Part shown: in pieces, positions 17,481-23,694 of the stretch
Position numbering within the stretch: the first letter of the stretch is position 1
How the letters are laid out: every line of letters starts with the position of its first letter
Source: an uncultured archaeon
GTDB taxonomy: Archaea > Asgardarchaeota > Lokiarchaeia > Sigyniarchaeales > SOKP01
DNA length: 23,694 nt
Reading direction: 5' to 3'
Assembly (NCBI GenBank): GCA_964493715.1
Contig: CAZBPC010000050.1
Coordinates: 1-23,694, forward strand
The notes under the pieces: generated by a model
Databases searched by the model: none
Told to the model about the DNA's origin: nothing
Seen by the model: only the letters and a program-made list of their open reading frames with translations
Made by a program: the position numbers and the translations under genes

Positions 17481-17758
17481 AATGTATCACTTTTTTAAAT
17501 TTTAAATTAAAAAAAAATAAACATCTATTAAAACATATGCTCTATAATTTTAAAGAAAATAATATTATTCTATTTGGGATTAGAAGAATTAAAACTAATT
17601 TGCTCTTAGAGATAATTTATACCTTACTCTTATCTATTCTAAGTAATATTTGATAAATATAAGGAATTTAATCTTTAAAATTAGTTAAATGCAATAATTA
17701 TTAATAACATCTATCCCAAGCATTGATAAAGTGAAAAAATTAAGAAATTATCCTAAAA

Positions 17759-18568
17759 ATGTTTAAAAGAAAAGTGAATATTACTCGTATTAAGAAAGGA
17801 CAAAAGTTAGATGAAATTGATATTGTTCTGATTGAACAAGCTATAAATTTAATTGTAAATTCAAAATCTCTGGTAGACATAATTTGTCTTGCTGATGATT
17901 TGAAGGATCTTGCTGTTGGATTTCTATTTTCCGTTGGAATTATCAATTCTTATATGGATATCAAGGAAATAACTATTAACGAATTAGAAAATAAAATAAT
18001 GATTGAGTTGTGTGATAATAAAGATTTTAATTCTACTGAATTTGAAAAGAATGTGTTCAATAGAGTAATAGATACAACTTGTGGGATACCTTCTCCCTGG
18101 AGAGATCTCATTAAAAGTAAAATAAGGGAAGCAAAGGACTCCAAAATATCGGATGTGAAAAACAATGTAGATTCTAAGATTATATTCTCCTCAATTATCA
18201 AAATGCAGAAAGAGACTCATCTATTTCGTGAAACTGGAGGTTGTCACGGTGCAGCTATATTTGATCTTGACGGAAATTTGATAACTATAAAAGAAGATAT
18301 TGGACGTCATAACGCAATAGATAAAGTAATAGGAGAATTATTACTTAAAGACGAATCATTTAATGATAAAATTCTCGCGACAACGGGAAGGCTTACGGGA
18401 GACTCTGTCTTGAAAGCAGCAAGGGCAAATATACCAATTGTAGCATCACTATCTGCTGCTGTTGAATCAGGAATTCGCATTGCCTTTGCATACGGAATAA
18501 CTCTAATTGGATTTGTACGAGGTAACTCCATGAATATTTATTCTCGCGCTGATCGCATTATAGAATGA
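17759..18568 (+). CDS. fdhD: Formate dehydrogenase accessory sulfurtransferase FdhD
   Basis: LAVGFLFSVGII, TTCG, TGGCHGAA, EDIGRHNAIDKVIG, TGRL and ITLIGFVRG motifs. Confidence 0.93.
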   Translation: MFKRKVNITRIKKGQKLDEIDIVLIEQAINLIVNSKSLVDIICLADDLKDLAVGFLFSVGIINSYMDIKEITINELENKIMIELCDNKDFNSTEFEKNVFNRVIDTTCGIPSPWRDLIKSKIREAKDSKISDVKNNVDSKIIFSSIIKMQKETHLFRETGGCHGAAIFDLDGNLITIKEDIGRHNAIDKVIGELLLKDESFNDKILATTGRLTGDSVLKAARANIPIVASLSAAVESGIRIAFAYGITLIGFVRGNSMNIYSRADRIIE

Positions 18569-18680
18569 ATTTCGTGATTAATATAATAAATTAATTTTCA
18601 TGCTAAATATAAATAAATTGAATCTCTCCATAATAATATTAAACTATATATTGTAATTAAAAGAGTGGAAAAGTGAACAA

Positions 18681-19280
18681 ATGAAGCATAAAGTTGGAAT
18701 TATCTTGCTCCTTATTGGTGGAGCTTTCATGGTTATTGGGAATGCAATAGGAACGATAGGTGTTTTTGAATTTCTTCAAGGATACGTTGTTTCAATTGTT
18801 TCAAGTGAATGGGTACCTCTGGTGAATGATATAATGGGGCTTCTCGGATGGATAGCTGAACAAGGAGGTTGGGCAATTATAGCTGGGGCTGTCTTTATTT
18901 TATTAGGCGCATTGAAGCTTGGAAAGTTTATCGTATGGATTGGCTTAACTTTTGGTGCTTTAGCATTGATAGTGTGGATAATAGCACAAGTTGTAGATTT
19001 TACTGGAATATCTTTAGGACTACAACTTGACACATTATTAAGTCAAATTTATGGTTTATTTACCTACAATACGGGATTTGCTTTTACGGGGGTTGCACTG
19101 GCTGTAATTGGAAAAGCAAGTATAAAGAAGGTACCTAAACCTAAAAAAGATGCTAAATCTAAATTAGACGATTCAGCAGACCAAGATTCCACCGAGGAGT
19201 ACAAGTTCTGTCCAGAATGTAGCAAGAAATTACCCATTACTGCTAATTTTTGTAGTGAATGTGGAAAGACATTTGACTAA
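18681..19280 (+). CDS. Membrane protein (about 4 TM) with C-terminal zinc ribbon
   Basis: Four Gly-rich hydrophobic segments, a charged linker and FCPECSKKLPITANFCSECG. Confidence 0.8.
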   Translation: MKHKVGIILLLIGGAFMVIGNAIGTIGVFEFLQGYVVSIVSSEWVPLVNDIMGLLGWIAEQGGWAIIAGAVFILLGALKLGKFIVWIGLTFGALALIVWIIAQVVDFTGISLGLQLDTLLSQIYGLFTYNTGFAFTGVALAVIGKASIKKVPKPKKDAKSKLDDSADQDSTEEYKFCPECSKKLPITANFCSECGKTFD

Positions 19281-19423
19281 TCATTTTTTTAACTTATTTT
19301 TTTCATTATAAAATGAGAAATAGAATTGATTGAAAATCTAATCAACAAATTTTTTAATAAATTTCACATTAAACCAAATATCATAATTATAATTAAAATT
19401 TAGTTAGAAATGGTGATATAATA

Positions 19424-20824
19424 ATTCCAATACCAGTAGCGTTCATGCAATTATCAAGCTGTTGGGGATGCCACCAATCCCTCTTGAATGCACATTTGAA
19501 TTTACTTCCTATTCTTCCCGCCCTAAATATCGTTTATTGGCCAGCTGTAGTTGATTTCAAGCATAGTTCTCTGCTTGAAAGAGAAGACGGAAGCATTGTT
19601 GTAGGCTTTCTTGAAGGTGTTGCACGAACAAAACAAGACACAGAAAATGCAAAGTTAATAAGGAAAAAATGTAAAGTCGTGGTTGCAATAGGAGCTTGTG
19701 CTTGTTATGGAAGCGTGAAAGGATTAGCCAATTTGTTTGATAAAGATGAATTGATCAAGAGAAAATTTATGGAAACTGAATCTATTACCGATAAAAATCC
19801 AAAGGAACCAACTCAATACGTTCCCGGTATTGAAGATTACATTGTAAACATAAAGGATATCATTGATGTAGACATGTTTATTCCGGGATGCCCTCCCACT
19901 ACCGAAAATATCATTGCTGCCATCTCTTACCTTCTCACACTTGTAGCTGAAGGTCCAAAATCGCTTGACAATAATAAAACAGTGTGCGACAGTTGCGATT
20001 TATTCGAAGAAGGCTGCTTTTTAGATGATGGAAAACTTTGTTATGGACCATTAACGGCAGGGGGTTGTGAGTTAATGTGTCCAAATCATGGAGATTATTG
20101 TTACGGATGTTTCAGAGCTACAAGCAAGCTAGGAAAGAAAATAGAACAGCTAAAAAGCATACTTCATGGCATAGAGGAACTAACTGATGAAATTGGAGCG
20201 AATCTACAACATTTTCTTGATGTATTTTTAGGATCTTCAAACATTACTAATTTTTATTTCAGGGGTGATTTAGTTCAAAGATTAGCATATGAACCCGATA
20301 GTTTTAAGGTAAAAGAAATTGAAACAAAGAAGGGTCCTAAGCTTATTCTGGACGTTACACCCACGGGAAATGAAGTAGCAGACGAATTAGTAGGGCTTGC
20401 ATTATATCTTCTGAAAAATGATCCTAAATTTAAATTTAGCTCAAAAACAGTATGTAGTCATTGTGATCGTGATATTGTTGATAAAGTACCCACGGATCTT
20501 AAACGTGATTATGTTGGTTTACCTAATACTGAAACTTGTTTTTTAGAACAAGGGTACATATGTTTAGGCCCTGTAACACAAGCCGGATGTGGAACAATTT
20601 GTCCAAATAAAGCGAATGCCCCATGTCTTGGCTGTTATGGTTCTTCAATGGGAGTTAAAGATCAGGGAGCAAAATTCATTAGTACTTTAGGTGCATTGTG
20701 TGCAGACAAGGATCCAAGCGAAATTATTAATTCAATTAAAGATCCAGCAGGATTGTTTAATAGATTCACTTTAGCGGATAGCACTTTGGGACACAAGTTC
20801 CATGATAAAATGGAGAAAGAATAA
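19424..20824 (+). CDS. mvhG: MvhG-like [NiFe]-hydrogenase small-subunit homolog with duplicated C-terminal Fe-S module, about 466 aa
   Basis: VAFMQLSSCWGC, FLEG, AIGACACYG and PGCPP, then two TVCxxC...CFL..G..CxGPxTxxGC...CP...CxGC modules and a DPAGLFNRFT tail. Start inferred at ATT 19424 (or ATA 19421/19418) after GGTGAT; the first ATG is at 19445. Confidence 0.85.
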   Translation: MPIPVAFMQLSSCWGCHQSLLNAHLNLLPILPALNIVYWPAVVDFKHSSLLEREDGSIVVGFLEGVARTKQDTENAKLIRKKCKVVVAIGACACYGSVKGLANLFDKDELIKRKFMETESITDKNPKEPTQYVPGIEDYIVNIKDIIDVDMFIPGCPPTTENIIAAISYLLTLVAEGPKSLDNNKTVCDSCDLFEEGCFLDDGKLCYGPLTAGGCELMCPNHGDYCYGCFRATSKLGKKIEQLKSILHGIEELTDEIGANLQHFLDVFLGSSNITNFYFRGDLVQRLAYEPDSFKVKEIETKKGPKLILDVTPTGNEVADELVGLALYLLKNDPKFKFSSKTVCSHCDRDIVDKVPTDLKRDYVGLPNTETCFLEQGYICLGPVTQAGCGTICPNKANAPCLGCYGSSMGVKDQGAKFISTLGALCADKDPSEIINSIKDPAGLFNRFTLADSTLGHKFHDKMEKE

Positions 20825-20900
20825 TTCACCTATTTAGTTTTAATTTTATATTAACCATAATTATATACAATAATAATAAGAAATAAAAAAGTTGAAAAGC

Positions 20901-21788
20901 ATGGCTAAAACAGAAGAATATAAGATTTTTCCCGGATGCACGATCGGGAATAGAATACCTTTCATCGAAGCCAGTGCACGTAAGGTTTTTGATACATTAG
21001 GCATAAAGACATCTGATGCCGATTTTGCATGTTGTCCGGATCCTGTCGGATTCAATTCAGTTGATCACGAAAGCTGGTTAGCAATGGGCGCCCGAAACCT
21101 TACTATAGCTGAAGGAGAATCAAAAGATATAGTCTCCTTATGTAACGGCTGCTTTCAAACGCTTAAAGCTGTAAATCATGAATTAAAACAGGATAAACAC
21201 TTACGTGATAATATTAATTCCAAGTTAAAGCTGATAAACCGCGAATTCAAGGGTCTAATTAATGTAAAGCATTTTGTTGAGGTTTTGCACGAATTAGGAG
21301 CAGAAAAGATCAAGGAACACGTCACACAAGATTTTTCAGCCTTAAAAGTTGCGTGTCATACTGGTTGCCACTACAATAGACCATCCGAGATAATGCAAAC
21401 TGACGATCCAATGGAACCTGTTAAACTTCGAGAACTAGTTGAAGCAACGGGGGCCATGGCAGTAAATTATACTGAAGAAATGCTTTGTTGTGGTTCAGGA
21501 GTAGGGAACACTGAAGAAGAAACTTCAATGCAAATATTAGCTAATAAATTCAAGAGTGCAATAAATGCTGGAGCTGAAGCATTTATCGTGATTTGTCCAG
21601 CATGTTTCCAACAAATGGATACTAACCAGAAAAAAGCGGGTACACAATCAAATAGTGAGTTTAATATACCAATTCTATATTTAACTGAATTGATGGCGTT
21701 ATCTTTCGGTTTTAATCCAGAAGAGCTGGGATTAAAGTTTCATAGAGGAAGAACAACACAATTATTACAAAAACTTGGCATAAAATAA
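20901..21788 (+). CDS. hdrB: Heterodisulfide reductase subunit B (two CCG domains)
   Basis: FPGC...CCPDP...CNGC and HTGCH...CCGSG...CPAC, with all ten Cys present, plus IPILYLTELMAL. ATG 20901 preferred over TTG 20892. Confidence 0.9.
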   Translation: MAKTEEYKIFPGCTIGNRIPFIEASARKVFDTLGIKTSDADFACCPDPVGFNSVDHESWLAMGARNLTIAEGESKDIVSLCNGCFQTLKAVNHELKQDKHLRDNINSKLKLINREFKGLINVKHFVEVLHELGAEKIKEHVTQDFSALKVACHTGCHYNRPSEIMQTDDPMEPVKLRELVEATGAMAVNYTEEMLCCGSGVGNTEEETSMQILANKFKSAINAGAEAFIVICPACFQQMDTNQKKAGTQSNSEFNIPILYLTELMALSFGFNPEELGLKFHRGRTTQLLQKLGIK

Positions 21789-21874
21789 TTATTTTATTCA
21801 CTTCCTTAATTTTATATAATTTTTAAATAATAAGTGCTTTAGATTAATTTAAATCATAAAGGTAAATATAAAAA

Positions 21875-22435
21875 ATGTCATTTAATTTTAAAAATCCCTC
21901 AAAACTATTTGCCTGGTTTTATTCTTTATTTTGCCCTGTTTATGGAAGAAAATTCTACAAAAAGTTGTTAAAAGCATTAGAATTAAATGGCAACGAATCG
22001 GTTTTAGATTTTGGTAGTGGAGCTGGGGTTTTGGCTAAAAAAGTTGTTAAAGAATTAAAAAATGATGGTAAATTAACGTGCTTAGATTTATCAGAAGCAT
22101 TTTTGCATAAGGTTCGAAAAAAATTGCGTAAATATCCAAATGTGAACTACATATTAGGAGATATACGAGAGATGGATATCTCAGCTAATACTTTCGATAA
22201 AATTGTCATTACTTGGGTTATTCATCACATAGAAGAAGAGGTTAGATCTGGTCTTTTAAATAGCATAGTTAATACTTTAAAACCAGAAGGAGAAATCTAT
22301 GTGATAGAATTCTTAGCTACACCTCATGGTATTGCTGAGGAGTTCTTAATCGAACTTTTTAATGGAATGGGTTTATCTGAAAGAATAGTATTTAGAAGTA
22401 AAAATACAGGATTATATGAATTCAAGAGAAATTAA
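21875..22435 (+). CDS. Class I SAM-dependent methyltransferase
   Basis: VLDFGSGAG motif I, then LDLS, GDI, FDKI, VIHH and LKPEG. Confidence 0.9.
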   Translation: MSFNFKNPSKLFAWFYSLFCPVYGRKFYKKLLKALELNGNESVLDFGSGAGVLAKKVVKELKNDGKLTCLDLSEAFLHKVRKKLRKYPNVNYILGDIREMDISANTFDKIVITWVIHHIEEEVRSGLLNSIVNTLKPEGEIYVIEFLATPHGIAEEFLIELFNGMGLSERIVFRSKNTGLYEFKRN

Positions 22436-22440
22436 AAAAG

Positions 22441-23694
22441 TCAAGCCAATTCTGCGAATAGGTTAAATCCGTCTACTTTGTAAATTCGAGCCTTTACAAA
22501 CGAGCCATAGATTCCATCAAAATTCTCAATGAATACATTTTTATAGGCAAAATTTCGGCCAAAAGCTTGGTTTTCTTTAAATCCTTCATGCAAGACTAAA
22601 ACTTCACCCTCCCAGTTCCTCCAGTTTGCATTTATTTTTCTCAAAGATTCGCGAAAAATATTAGAAAGTATTGTAGATCGTTTTTTTATAATCCTATTAT
22701 CAACTTGTTCCATAGTTTTAGCTTTTGTTCCAGGTCGGGGGGTAAATTTCGAAACATTAAGAATTTCGGGTTTTAACCATTTAATTAAATCTATTGTTTG
22801 ATTATAATCTTCTTCGGATTCTCCGGGAAATCCACAAATTATATCTGTAGATATGGTAAGATACGGAAATTTCGCTCTTAAACTTTTCAGCTTTTCGTTT
22901 ATATCTCCTATAGTGTACGGGCGATTCATTAATTTAAGAACATTATCACTTCCAGATTGCATGGGTATATGAAGGAATTGGTACACGTTTTTTAATCCAT
23001 ATATGGATACTAATTGGGTATAGTGATCAATTAAGAATTTTGGATTTAGCATTCCAACACGTAAAAAGAATTGAAAGTTTAGATTAGAAATTGAATATAT
23101 TACATCAAATAACGTAGTGTCACCATAATTGTAAGTACTGCAATCTTGTGAAGTTAGGTAAACCTGCTTGATCCCTTGTTTTAATTGATTCTCCACATTT
23201 CTAACGATGTTAACTGGATCATAACAATGCAATCTTCCTCTGGCATTTTTCACGCAACAATAGGTACACGCTCCTAGACATCCTTCTGAGATAGGAACAA
23301 TGCCAGTTAGCTTTCCTTCTGGAAAGTTAATGAGATACTCTGATTTATCAATTGATTTTTTCGAGGGAATAAAGAGATTTCTCCTTCCAGACTTAATTTG
23401 CTCAAAAATAGCGGGAATTTCTTCAAAATTATCTAAATCAAGAATAGCAGAATAGTTTGGGATTAATCGTTCGATAACTTCAATATAATTATCGTCTACA
23501 TGCGGTAAACATCCTGCAATTATAATTTTTTTGCCATTGTTTCCTTGATTAGTAAGATTTAATTCTTTTAATCGTTCTTTTATTTTATTTTCTGTTTGCT
23601 GTTTTACAGCACATGTGTTTATAATTATGAATTGAGCTTCCGAGAAAGATGTTAGAATATAGTTATTTTCTTTTAAGATTTTAGAGATAATCTG
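22441..23694 (-). CDS. MiaB-like radical SAM tRNA methylthiotransferase (archaeal t6A37 MtaB/CDKAL1-type), 5'-truncated by the window edge
   Basis: The frame is open from the window end: INTCAVK and AGCLP (UPF0004 domain), ISEGCLGACTYC (CxxxCxxC), ARG, RVGMLNP, HIPMQSGSD, TDIICGFPGE and a TRAM-like C-terminus. Confidence 0.92.
   Translation of the reverse strand, partial: QIISKILKENNYILTSFSEAQFIIINTCAVKQQTENKIKERLKELNLTNQGNNGKKIIIAGCLPHVDDNYIEVIERLIPNYSAILDLDNFEEIPAIFEQIKSGRRNLFIPSKKSIDKSEYLINFPEGKLTGIVPISEGCLGACTYCCVKNARGRLHCYDPVNIVRNVENQLKQGIKQVYLTSQDCSTYNYGDTTLFDVIYSISNLNFQFFLRVGMLNPKFLIDHYTQLVSIYGLKNVYQFLHIPMQSGSDNVLKLMNRPYTIGDINEKLKSLRAKFPYLTISTDIICGFPGESEEDYNQTIDLIKWLKPEILNVSKFTPRPGTKAKTMEQVDNRIIKKRSTILSNIFRESLRKINANWRNWEGEVLVLHEGFKENQAFGRNFAYKNVFIENFDGIYGSFVKARIYKVDGFNLFAELA

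Noticed and set aside
287-21055. Antisense/shadow ORFs in the track (287-619, 2313-2495, 4261-4518, 9704-9892, 10626-10823, 12549-12806, 13931-14326, 14358-14639, 14965-15204, 16156-16338, 16299-16520, 16598-16801, 17740-17946, 17950-18201, 18307-18531, 18776-19033, 20861-21055)
   Set aside because: All lie largely opposite well-supported genes and show no motifs, as expected from codon bias.
1-23694. CRISPR arrays, transposases, integrases, tRNA/rRNA genes, defence systems
   Set aside because: No regularly spaced repeats, GC-rich structured RNA segments or mobile/defence protein motifs were seen by eye. A covariance-model search would be needed to exclude small ncRNAs.

Overview
AT-rich, gene-dense archaeal chromosomal window with 25 CDSs and no recognisable rRNA, tRNA, CRISPR array or mobile element. 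Gene content and style suggest an Asgard (Lokiarchaeia/Promethearchaeota-like) host; this is inference only. The left half holds a partial UDP-glucose dehydrogenase, a small TRASH/FCS-type Zn finger, a GT-C/GT87-like membrane glycosyltransferase, a coupled SnoaL-SDR-phytoene-dehydrogenase-like cassette, an NDP-forming acyl-CoA synthetase alpha subunit, an aldo/keto reductase and a 2-oxoacid:ferredoxin oxidoreductase alpha/beta pair. The right half is a redox/C1 locus: mvhD-fwdG-fwdF-fwdD-fwdB-fwdC (no fwdA), usp, fdhD, a Zn-ribbon membrane protein, an enlarged MvhG-like subunit, hdrB, a SAM methyltransferase and a partial tRNA methylthiotransferase. Three things stand out. (1) The MvhG-like protein carries a duplicated 8-Cys Fe-S module and sits beside hdrB with no large subunit in view. 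(2) The fwd operon lacks fwdA, is headed by mvhD and has a 16-bp palindrome in front of it. (3) Three genes appear to start at ATT/ATA codons downstream of Shine-Dalgarno-like motifs.
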